DNA from: a bacterium
GTDB lineage: Bacteria > UBA8248
NCBI GenBank assembly: GCA_965213625.1
Contig: CBDBZU010000004.1
Span: forward strand, 2,400,001 to 2,464,000
Direction: 5' to 3'
DNA length: 64,000 nucleotides
Made by a program: the position numbers and the translations under genes. A model generated the notes under the pieces. That model had not been told where the DNA came from. It ran no database searches and saw only the letters and a list, made by a program, of their open reading frames with translations. This document shows positions 19,602 to 28,273 of the stretch, piece after piece; the first letter of the stretch is position 1, and each line of letters opens with the position of its first letter.

Positions 19602-19825
19602 TTTCCGCCGCCGATTCATCCGTTATAGTGAGGGTAAATGACGTTCAAGGCTAAATGATTCCGCGCGTCGGCGTCCAGTCGCGCGGGGGAGATTCGGGGG
19701 GGAGGGATGGAGGTACTCCTTTCTGGAGGGAGTTGTTGTCAAGGTCCTGATATTCTGATTCGAGGTATGGAACTGAGTGAGGTGGGGGAAATACAATATT
19801 TCCCCCATGCAGAATGCTAACCAAA

Positions 19826-20030
19826 CACTCCCCCCTTGAGGGGGAGTCGGCAAGGCGAGGACGGAGTCCGAAGCCGCGCCGGTGGGGGGTATAATTCGGA
19901 ATGGCAATAAAACGCATTTTACCCCCCACCGAATCAGCCTTCACCTGTCGGTTCGGCTTCCTCGACTCCCCCTCAAGGGGGGAGTGAATTTCCCCTCTAC
20001 TTGGGTAGTAGTGATCCTCAAGGGGGGAGT
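19826..20030. repeat. Palindromic intergenic element, copy 2
   Basis: CACTCCCCCCTTGAGGGGGAGTC ... GACTCCCCCTCAAGGGGGGAGTG; homologous to 12189-12412. Confidence 0.85.
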
Positions 20031-20127
20031 AGTTCTCTTCTCTCTCGTGGATTGGCGATGCTGTTCGAAGAAGTCGTCAACATAAACGTATAATCCACAT
20101 TCGAATTGATAATTTCAGGAGATTTTC

Positions 20128-21429
20128 ATGGTAACGGACCCCAGGTTTTTCCCCAGAGACGGTCGCACGGGCGACGCGGCGGCTGCGTTTTCTACGGAGG
20201 AGCGCGACAGGCGGTGGAACGCGGTGCGCGCCGCCATGGACGAGCGCGGGCTCGACTGCCTCATCGTCATCGGACGCGGCTCGAACGGCAACGGCGACAC
20301 CCGCTGGCTCGACGGGGGCGATTACGGGGAGCGCAGCATGGTGTTTCCGAGAAAGGGCGCGCCCGTCACCTTCTGGCTCCTGCAGAACTGGGGCAAGTGG
20401 TACACCGAATCGTGCTTCGAGGGGGTTCGCTACCGGGGGCACGAAGGGAAGGTGAGCATCGTGGCGGCCGACGCCATCAAGGAGCTGGGGTATGAGAGCG
20501 GGCGAATCGGCATCGTCGGCCTGATCGGCGGGGGATACGGTTCCGAAGGCGCGATTCCCTACATGACGTACCAGAACCTGAAAAGGCTTCTGCCGGACGC
20601 GGCGTTCGCGGACGCTTCGGACATCCTCACGCGCCTCCGCATGTTGAAGAGCGATGAAGAGGTCGCGATGCTCGAGAAGGCGGCCGAGATGGTGAACATC
20701 GAGATAGACGCCGTGCTCGGCTGCTGCCGACCGGGCGTGCGGGAGAGCGAGGTGTATGCGGCGCTGTTCGGCGCGAGCCTGCGCGCGGGGGCGGAGCCGG
20801 GGCGCGACAGCTGGCTCATTATGTGTTCGGGGAAGGGCTATCCGGTGAACAGAAGGCCCACGGACAGGATTCTGCGCACGGGCGACATGATGTGCATCGG
20901 CTATTATGCGCGCTACGGGGGCTACTGGAGCCATCCGCACACCTCGATGTCGCTGGGCCCGATGGATGAGGAATACAAACCGATTCGAGAAGCCGTGCGC
21001 GAAAGCCTGCACGCCGCGCTCGAAGCCTTGAAGCCGGGCACGCCGTGGAGCGAGGTGGACCGCGCATCGAACGAGGCGATCTTAAAAGCCGGGTACTACC
21101 ACGAGATTCCCCAGGTGCACGGGGTGGGAATCGACGGCATCGAGCCGCCCATGACGACGATATGCGCGGGCGAAATTCCGCGAAAATTCGCGTGGCGCGA
21201 GCCTTTCGTCGAGGGGAGCCTGGCCGAGAACCCCGAATGGCGCGAACTCGCGGGGGACCGCTACGGATTTCTGGCGGATTTCGAGGTCGAGGCGGGCATG
21301 TGCCTCGCCGTCGAAATCAAGGCCGCGCACGAGGACAGGATATTCATGGTCTTCGGTCCACAGGTGATCGTGGAGGAGAGCGGCCCGCGGATTCTCACGC
21401 CCGAGGCGATGGACGTGATCGAGTTGTAG
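20128..21429 (+). CDS. M24 (pita-bread fold) protein, creatinase/aminopeptidase-P-like
   Basis: Creatinase N-domain (E..RR..AVR.AM..RGLD.LIV), R.LKS.EE, PGV.E.EV, HGVG. Confidence 0.85.
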   Translation: MVTDPRFFPRDGRTGDAAAAFSTEERDRRWNAVRAAMDERGLDCLIVIGRGSNGNGDTRWLDGGDYGERSMVFPRKGAPVTFWLLQNWGKWYTESCFEGVRYRGHEGKVSIVAADAIKELGYESGRIGIVGLIGGGYGSEGAIPYMTYQNLKRLLPDAAFADASDILTRLRMLKSDEEVAMLEKAAEMVNIEIDAVLGCCRPGVRESEVYAALFGASLRAGAEPGRDSWLIMCSGKGYPVNRRPTDRILRTGDMMCIGYYARYGGYWSHPHTSMSLGPMDEEYKPIREAVRESLHAALEALKPGTPWSEVDRASNEAILKAGYYHEIPQVHGVGIDGIEPPMTTICAGEIPRKFAWREPFVEGSLAENPEWRELAGDRYGFLADFEVEAGMCLAVEIKAAHEDRIFMVFGPQVIVEESGPRILTPEAMDVIEL

Positions 21430-21471
21430 TTCGAGCACGACCGATGCGGGAGGGTTCAACGCGACCAATGC

Positions 21472-21695
21472 GGGGTTGTTGAAAAAAGTCCCCTTTTCAG
21501 GGGATGGAGGGGACGTACTTATCGACTGGAAAACCAACCCCCCCTACCCCCCCTTGTCAGGGGGGTAAAAAAGGCGATGCACCCCAGCCGGGCAGAGGGG
21601 GTTTTGCTTTTTCTTGCCCCCCTGACAAGGGGGGGTAGGGGGGGTTGGTTTTATGGGGTTGCCGTTACCCACTCAAGGACTTTTTCAACAGTCCC
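21472..21695. mobile_element. MITE-like element with TGTTGAAAAA TIRs and an internal perfect 36-bp inverted repeat
   Basis: GGGGTTGTTGAAAAAAGTCC ... GGACTTTTTCAACAGTCCC; arms 21530-21565 and 21617-21652 are exact reverse complements. Confidence 0.7.
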
Positions 21696-21908
21696 ATCAA
21701 GGAGGGAGTGAATCTTTACTCTGCTCGGTCCGGTTTAACCTCCGAGGGGAGAGTGATTTCCCTGCCAACTCGGGAGTCATTGCACCCGTATTTGCCCGCA
21801 TTTGCGGCAGGGGGGCAATGGAGAAAGATTCCGGGTATGTCGGCGCTGTGGTCCGGCCCCACTGGAGCTTATGGAATTTCCGAAATTTTCGATCGCGGCG
21901 TAAGCGCG

Positions 21909-22682
21909 TCAGCGCGACTTCGGTACCACCAGGGTCTCGGGGCGGCGTTCCTGGGCCGTCTTGAAGAGCGTGAAAGTCTGGTTCACGAAATTCACCACTC
22001 CGGAGATATGTTCGAGATAGGCGTCGAGCTCCGGCGTGCGCTCGGCCTCGACGAGTTGAACGGGCCGATCCTGAGGCGTCGTTTCGAACTGGCAATAGAA
22101 AAGCGGCTCGCCCCGGGTGAGGCGCAGCGCCTTGTCGACGTCATGCCACTCGAACGCCCACATCAGGGGTCTCGGCCACACGTCGATGGGAAAGCGGCCG
22201 CCGAAAATCGTGCCTGGCCAGGGTTCCTTCTGGTAGTGCATGAAGGGCGCAATCTGGGATATATAGACCGGTTCGTCCGCGATGAACACGTAGGGAAGCG
22301 CCATCTGGATGGTGGGGCGGTCCGGATAACGCCATTCCGCTTCGGGCGTGATGTGAAGAAAGGAAGAGAGTTGCTTCGTGCGAACCGGTGACTTCTGGCC
22401 CAGGAGGTTCCGCAGAGCCGGCTTGCCGTTCTTGTTCCGGGTGAAACCGAGATGCAGGTCGAAGGGGCATTTCACTTCGAAGTAACGGCTCTCTAAGTTG
22501 AGTATCGCCGGGCAGCGGGAGGCCGATTTTGCGTGGCGCTTGCTCATCTCCGCAGAGCGCACGCGTGTGGGCGCGTCATAAATTGCGCCGCCGCGCTCTT
22601 CGGTCAGCAGCCAGCCGATTTTCACCGGGCCCGATCCCGGGCCTTCGCCCGGCAACTCATGGGTGACGTGAATGTCCATCAT
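21909..22682 (-). CDS. Conserved hypothetical protein (possibly distant DUF6065-like)
   Basis: 257-aa ORF with AAGGAG RBS; motifs RCPA, CPFD, WPRPL.WAFEW, RGEPLFY. Confidence 0.7.
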   Translation of the reverse strand: MMDIHVTHELPGEGPGSGPVKIGWLLTEERGGAIYDAPTRVRSAEMSKRHAKSASRCPAILNLESRYFEVKCPFDLHLGFTRNKNGKPALRNLLGQKSPVRTKQLSSFLHITPEAEWRYPDRPTIQMALPYVFIADEPVYISQIAPFMHYQKEPWPGTIFGGRFPIDVWPRPLMWAFEWHDVDKALRLTRGEPLFYCQFETTPQDRPVQLVEAERTPELDAYLEHISGVVNFVNQTFTLFKTAQERRPETLVVPKSR

Positions 22683-22801
22683 CTCTCCTTATTATATGAA
22701 AGCAGTGAACGCCGACGACTCATGAGGCATCGCGCCGGGTATCGTCCGCTACTATTTCGAACCCGCAAGCGCGGCGCTGGAGAGTGAACGCGGTTTGGCA
22801 T

Positions 22802-23266
22802 TCAATAATCCGGGTCATGCTCGACGTCCGTCTCCGCCTCGAAGGCTTCGTGCGTTTCCTTCGACATGATCAGGATATTGCATTCATTTTTCCGTTGGTA
22901 TTCGATGCTGTCCATCACCTGGTTCACAAGGAAAAGGCCGAGCCCGGCCAAGAGTTCTTCGCCTTCTTCCGGTGACCCATCACCATCGGCCGTTACCGAC
23001 AAATCGAACGATGCGCTGTTGTCCACAATTTCGACGATGAGTTGGCTTTCCTCCACACGCAGGATGATTTCGATTCGATGTTGTTCGTCATCATCGTATC
23101 CATTGCTGATCCTGTTGGTGAGAACTTCCTCTATCGATAGGTTGACCGCATAACCGATCTGCGGCGCGTAGTTCCGCTCCGCGCAGAATTCGTCGATCTG
23201 CGCGGCGACGCCGGCTATTTCCCTCAGGTCGTTAACGAGCGAGATTTCAAGGGTGTCTTCTTCCAT
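22802..23266 (-). CDS. RsbW/SpoIIAB-like anti-sigma factor (HATPase_c_2)
   Basis: L.N.L.EI, NL.IEE.LTN, GLGLFLV..VMD...Y, N.L. Confidence 0.85.
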   Translation of the reverse strand: MEEDTLEISLVNDLREIAGVAAQIDEFCAERNYAPQIGYAVNLSIEEVLTNRISNGYDDDEQHRIEIILRVEESQLIVEIVDNSASFDLSVTADGDGSPEEGEELLAGLGLFLVNQVMDSIEYQRKNECNILIMSKETHEAFEAETDVEHDPDY

Positions 23267-23298
23267 GATATCTCCTCCCTTCGAAAAAGGCGCGTCGC

Positions 23299-24732
23299 CT
23301 ATTCCTCTCTCATGGAGCGGCTGTAAAAATCCGTTATCGGCTTGGCGAGATAACTGATTAGCGAGCGTTGCCCGGTTTGTATGTGCACCTCCACAGGCAT
23401 GCCGGGCGTGAGGGCCAGTCGACCGAGCAGCGCTTTCGATCCCAGCCGCTCATTTGTCGATTCAGCGGAAGAGTCGGCCTCTTCTGAAGAAGTTCCCGTC
23501 ATCCAACGAATAAAATCAATGAATGAGTCTTTTGTATCGACGGCTTTTTTGGTTGCGCCATCCGCTCCGTTCGGGTTCTCGCCCATGGAGAGATCGATTT
23601 CGTACCACGAAAGGCCGCTTCTCGGGTCGGTCACCGCATCTACCGAAACGCGAATCACGTGTCCGGGGAATTCCGGCGTCACTCGCGCAGGGAAGGAGGA
23701 AAACCGAAGCCGCGCCTCCTGCCCTGGGTACACCTGATCCACGTGAATCGGATTGAGCCTGGCCATCACCACCAGACCAGAGTCCTCCGGCACCACGTAG
23801 AGAATCGGCTCGCCCGAGCGCACGACCTCGCGCGGAGCGACAACCTTCATGCCGAACACTCTGCCGGAGACCGGCGCGCGCACCTCCGTGCGGCTGAGAC
23901 GCCCCCGCACCGATGCGAGTCGCTCGAAAATCTGGTTCTCCTGGGCTTTCGCCTGGCGGACCAACTGCTCCGCTTCTTCGATCCGGCGCGTATCGACCCG
24001 GAGTATCTGGATCTCCAACTCCGAGATGCGGCCCCTGGCGCTGGCGATGGAGGCGTCGTTCGTACCCGTCAGTCCATCGATGTTCTTCGCGGCGCGCTCG
24101 AGCGCAAGGAGCCTGTCGAGCGAGGTCAGCCCCTGGTCGAACAATTTGCGATACGCCTTGAGTTGGCGAAAGATGAGTTCTTTTTGTTCCTCCAGCGATA
24201 AGGCCCGCGCTTCGAGTCCCTGGATCTCCTTACGCGTCTGGTCGATGCGCTCACGAAGCTGCGACACCTCGCCGCTTCGCGACGCCGCCCGCGCGCGGAA
24301 GAGCCTCTCATGACCGTCGAGTATTTCCCGCACACGCACGTCGCTCGCAGCGAGTTCGGCGATATCCTTCTCCCAGGCGATCGCGTCCGCACCCTTAAGT
24401 TCCGCTTCCAGTCGGTTGCGCCGGGCCACGAGCTCGGCGTATTCCGATGCGAGGATCGCCTCCTCGGAACGCAGAAGCGAGGCATCGAAGCGAAGCAGAA
24501 TGTCGTTTTTCTTCACGGCATCGCCGTCTCGAACGTAAATCCGGCTCACCGTGCCGCCGTCGATATGTTCAACCACCTGGTTGTGGCTCTCGACTCCGAG
24601 GCGACCGGAAGCGATTACGGCGCCCGAGAGCGAGGCGAATACACTCCAGCCGACGAGCCCGCCTCCCATCAAAATCATCGTCATGAAACCCATGTAGAGC
24701 GCCTTGCGCGGCGAAAATCGCTTATTGCTCAT
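23299..24732 (-). CDS. HlyD family type I secretion periplasmic adaptor
   Basis: GAVIASG, V.H.DGG.V..I.VRDGD.V, coiled coil, RAPVSG, PGMPVEV.I.TG.RS..SYL.KP. Confidence 0.93.
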   Translation of the reverse strand: MSNKRFSPRKALYMGFMTMILMGGGLVGWSVFASLSGAVIASGRLGVESHNQVVEHIDGGTVSRIYVRDGDAVKKNDILLRFDASLLRSEEAILASEYAELVARRNRLEAELKGADAIAWEKDIAELAASDVRVREILDGHERLFRARAASRSGEVSQLRERIDQTRKEIQGLEARALSLEEQKELIFRQLKAYRKLFDQGLTSLDRLLALERAAKNIDGLTGTNDASIASARGRISELEIQILRVDTRRIEEAEQLVRQAKAQENQIFERLASVRGRLSRTEVRAPVSGRVFGMKVVAPREVVRSGEPILYVVPEDSGLVVMARLNPIHVDQVYPGQEARLRFSSFPARVTPEFPGHVIRVSVDAVTDPRSGLSWYEIDLSMGENPNGADGATKKAVDTKDSFIDFIRWMTGTSSEEADSSAESTNERLGSKALLGRLALTPGMPVEVHIQTGQRSLISYLAKPITDFYSRSMREE

Positions 24733-26993
24733 GACGCATTACCCTGATTCGCCGGATTGCCGGAAACATCCCCGCTCGTCTGCGGCGCGGGGCTTGCATC
24801 CGTATCTCCACCAGTATTATCGTCCGGAGGTTCAGCCGAGCCGCTCACCCGCTCAACGGCTTGAGCAATCAGTTCTTCACGCCCACGACCGGATCGAGAA
24901 ACCTTGCCGGGGGGAGCAGGTCCGGGCGAGGGAGTTTGCTGTCCATCACGCGCACCTGGACGCATATGCGCGCTCTGATCCCGCTCGATAGGCGCCCGCG
25001 GCGTTTCGCTTTCATCCGGGTTTTTGGGAGGAGTTGCTTCCCTCACCCGCGCGATGGCGCCGGCGATTTGCTCTTCGCGCCCACGAACGATACGCACGGA
25101 CGGAGGCTGGTTTTTTCCCCCTCCAGGCGCAGGACGCGCCGGAGCTCTTTTACCCGCCGGCGGAGCCTGGCGCGCAGGCCGTCCTTCTCTTTGTTGTGCG
25201 CTGCCTCTCGCGGGAGGCAGCGCCGGTTGCCGTCCGGGCGCGGCCTGCTGCGCGCCTTGGCCTTGACTCCGGGGTTTTTGCTGCTCGCCGCCCGCCTGCA
25301 GTTGGCGCACTGGCGCAGAGCGGCCCTTATCTCCTCCCGTCGCCGGGACGGGCCGCCCGTTCTCCATCACGTACACCGTGTCGCATTGAGCGAACGCGCC
25401 GTGGCGATGCGCCACGATGAGGGCCGTTCCGCCGCGTTTTTTCTGGTTTTCGACCGCGCGGGCGAGGGCCATGGTGCCGTCGGCGTCGAGGTTGGAGTCG
25501 GGCTCGTCCATCACCACCACGGCGGGGGAGCCGTAAAATGCCCGGGCCAGCGCGATCCGCTGGCGTTGCCCGCCTGAGAGGGCGCCGCCGCCGGCGGACA
25601 CCTGGAAATCGTACCCGCCCGGGAGTTCGAGTATCATCTCGTGCGCTCCGGTGCGCTTCGCCGCGTCGACGATGTCCTCGTCTTTCGCGCCGGGTAAGAA
25701 GCGGGAGATGTTCTCCGCCACGGTCCCGTCGAAGAGAACGACCTCCTGGGGGAGATAGCCGACATAGTTGCCCAGATCTTCGCCGTACTGTTCGAGTTCC
25801 GCACCGTCGAGGCGCACCGAACCCGCAATGGGCCGCCAAACGCCTGCGAGCGCGCGCGCGAATGTGGATTTGCCAGCCGCGGAGCGGCCTGCGATTCCCG
25901 CCGCCTGTCCCGGTTCAAGGCGAAGCGCCGCGCCGCGCACAGCCGCCACTTTCGCACCCGGCGCAGCGACCATAAGGCCCTCCGCTTCGAGTATTGCGCG
26001 AGGAGCGGGCAGCTTGGTGCGTTCGATATCGGGCGGCATGTCGGCCAGAAGGGCGGCGAGCGAACGCCATGCGGCAATTGCGCGCTGGAGCGTGGGCCAG
26101 TGGCCCACCGCCTGATCGATGGGCGCGAGCGCCCGGCCCAGCAGAATGGAGCCCGCAATCATCACGCCGGGCGTGAGTTCGCCATAAATCACGAGCATCG
26201 CGCCGAGCCCGAGCATCATCGACTGGAGGAACAGGCGCAGCGTCTTCGACAACACGCTGAAAAAACCGTTTCTGTCCGAGGCCGCCAGCGTCCTGTCGAG
26301 AACGATGTCGCGCAACCCGGCCGAGCGCGACACGATGGCGCTCTGCATGCCGAGCCCCTGCACGGTTTCACCGCCCGCGCGCATCTGTTCGATGAAGGTG
26401 GCGGAGCGGGCGCTCGCCTCACCGACCTCGAGCTGGATGCCTGACGTTCCCGCCTGATTGAGGAGTGCGATTCCGCCGAGCAAAACGCCCGAGAAAACTG
26501 CCAGGAGTCCAAGCATCCAGTGGAACGAAAACAGCACGAAGAGGAACACCGGCGTCCATGGCGCATCGAAGAAGGCGAAGGGCCCCGAACCCGAGGCGAA
26601 GCGCTGAATCGCCTCGAGATCGCGAAGCCCCGTCGCTGGCCGCGAGCGTTCTGCGGGAGAGACCGAGCGGGAGAGAATGGCTCTTAGCACGCGCGAATCG
26701 AGACGCGCCTGCAGCCGCGCGCCCACCCGGGCGAGAACCCTGCCCCGCGCGTGGTCGAGCACGCCCATAATCAAGAAGAGGAACGCCACGATGACGACCA
26801 GCGCCACCAGCGTCGCCATGGAGCGCGAGCCGAGCACCCGGTCGTAGACCTGGAGCATGAACAGTGGGCCCGTGAGCATCAACAGGTTCACGATCACGCT
26901 GAAAAAGCCGCATGAGATCAGAAGCCAGCGGCTCTCGGTGAGCACGGCGCGGATCTCTTTTTCGCCGGTTTTGCCCTGCGCCATTCCAGCCAC
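24729..26993 (-). CDS. PrtD-type type I secretion permease/ATPase with a long C-terminal low-complexity tail
   Basis: NLLMLTGPLFMLQVYDRVL.SRS, FFDAPW.P, GRALAPID, GKST, LSGGQRQRIALARA, DEP.SNLD. Confidence 0.93.
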   Translation of the reverse strand: MAGMAQGKTGEKEIRAVLTESRWLLISCGFFSVIVNLLMLTGPLFMLQVYDRVLGSRSMATLVALVVIVAFLFLIMGVLDHARGRVLARVGARLQARLDSRVLRAILSRSVSPAERSRPATGLRDLEAIQRFASGSGPFAFFDAPWTPVFLFVLFSFHWMLGLLAVFSGVLLGGIALLNQAGTSGIQLEVGEASARSATFIEQMRAGGETVQGLGMQSAIVSRSAGLRDIVLDRTLAASDRNGFFSVLSKTLRLFLQSMMLGLGAMLVIYGELTPGVMIAGSILLGRALAPIDQAVGHWPTLQRAIAAWRSLAALLADMPPDIERTKLPAPRAILEAEGLMVAAPGAKVAAVRGAALRLEPGQAAGIAGRSAAGKSTFARALAGVWRPIAGSVRLDGAELEQYGEDLGNYVGYLPQEVVLFDGTVAENISRFLPGAKDEDIVDAAKRTGAHEMILELPGGYDFQVSAGGGALSGGQRQRIALARAFYGSPAVVVMDEPDSNLDADGTMALARAVENQKKRGGTALIVAHRHGAFAQCDTVYVMENGRPVPATGGDKGRSAPVRQLQAGGEQQKPRSQGQGAQQAAPGRQPALPPARGSAQQREGRPARQAPPAGKRAPARPAPGGGKNQPPSVRIVRGREEQIAGAIARVREATPPKNPDESETPRAPIERDQSAHMRPGARDGQQTPSPGPAPPGKVSRSGRGREELIAQAVERVSGSAEPPDDNTGGDTDASPAPQTSGDVSGNPANQGNAS

Positions 26994-27539
26994 CTGATAG
27001 TCACCTCACGTTATCGTCGACGGAATCGGCGCCTTTTCCCCACGCGAACCGCCGCCACCCCGGAAGTGTCAAAACCTCGAGCGCCCCGGTCGAGCCGCCC
27101 GGCTATTCGAGTTTCCTCCGGGTTCTCGCGGACCGAACCAATGGGATCAACCCGGTTCGTGATGTTTCGCGAACGCACCGCGATTCACTCGTGTCAATCT
27201 ATCAAAGGAAGGTTTTCAGCTTCCCTATGCCTCGTGTGTGCCATCTTCGTCGCAACTTTAGTAAAAGCTTAACAAGGATACTTAATAAATACCAGAAATC
27301 TTCGTGGAAGTTGACGGGTTTATTCCCGGTGAGGGTCGTTCATCTTCGCTTAGTGGATCGTAAATTGCGCAACCGGGAAGAAATCAGACGTCGGTCCGAC
27401 CCGGTCGCCCGGGGGTGGCGGGAGTTTTCATGAATGTGCTTTCGGTGAGATTGAAGATTTTGGAATGCGGATTCCGGGAGGGAGCGGAGAAATAATCAGC
27501 CGGTGAATTTCCACTGCTCACGGGAGCGGATCGGTTCAT

Positions 27540-27580
27540 TAAAATTTCGATAAATATCGCTAAAATTCGATAAATTCACG
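27540..27580. repeat. Four degenerate 10-bp tandem repeats (TAAAWTTCGA-like)
   Basis: aaaatttcga taaatatcgc taaaattcga taaattcacg. Confidence 0.55.
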
Positions 27581-27729
27581 GGGTATTTCTGTAAATTAAC
27601 GGGAGGAAAATCGGCGGGATCAGTTACCCGCGCGAGACGCACCATACCGCGTCCAGGTAGGCTCCCAGGCATCGCAATTGCGGGCAGATGCGCCCGAATA
27701 GAAGAAGAAAAAAGGTTAGGTATATAGAT

Positions 27730-28263
27730 TTATCGTACTGTATTCATATTAGTTAGGCGTTTCTTTAAGGCGGGAAGAAAACCGCCGAGCTCGACGATCT
27801 CTCGCAGCGCCTCCGGCAGCGGCTCCGAAGCGCAGGTTACGCCTCGGGTCAGGTTCTCGACCTCTCCTGTACCGAAGTCGACGCGGAGTTCATCCCCGTC
27901 CTCGACATACGCGCCTATATCATTGAAAAAAGGGAGGGTAGGCAACCCTGCCGCTACGATCATCCGGTAGGTGAAATGGGGAACGCTCTCCGCGATGAGG
28001 CCGACTCCCAGGCCGGCCATGCCCAGAAGGCCGTATATGTGAGGGTTCCCCTGGCCGAACCGCTTTCCCGCCACCACGATGTCGCCCGGTTTCGCGCGCT
28101 CGGGGAAATCGGGGATAATGTTCGTAAATACATGTATTTTCAGGTATTCCGGGTCCGAAACGCGCACGCCCTCAACGAAGACCTTAGCGAATTCGAGGAT
28201 GTCGTCGTCGAGAGAGAGGTTGTCCCCGAATTTCCAGCAGCGCCCCTGCATCGTCCAGTTCAA
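27730..28263 (-). CDS. LeuD/DmdB-like aconitase swivel (small) subunit, divergent
   Basis: G.CWKFGDN...D.I, GDIVVAGK.FG.G, GD.L.VD..TG.V.N.T. Confidence 0.85.
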   Translation of the reverse strand: MNWTMQGRCWKFGDNLSLDDDILEFAKVFVEGVRVSDPEYLKIHVFTNIIPDFPERAKPGDIVVAGKRFGQGNPHIYGLLGMAGLGVGLIAESVPHFTYRMIVAAGLPTLPFFNDIGAYVEDGDELRVDFGTGEVENLTRGVTCASEPLPEALREIVELGGFLPALKKRLTNMNTVR

Positions 28264-28273
28264 GATGCGCTCC

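Noticed and set aside
19623-20085. Short ORFs similar to those at about 12.2 kb
   Set aside because: The similarity comes from the shared DNA repeat, not from a protein family
11900-21700. CRISPR array
   Set aside because: Repeats are dispersed inverted pairs, not regularly spaced direct repeats with unique spacers, and no cas genes are present
27041-27053. RfaH ops-like GGCGGTTCGCGTG upstream of the T1SS (minus strand)
   Set aside because: Departs from GGCGGTAG at the conserved AG and is likely by chance in GC-rich DNA
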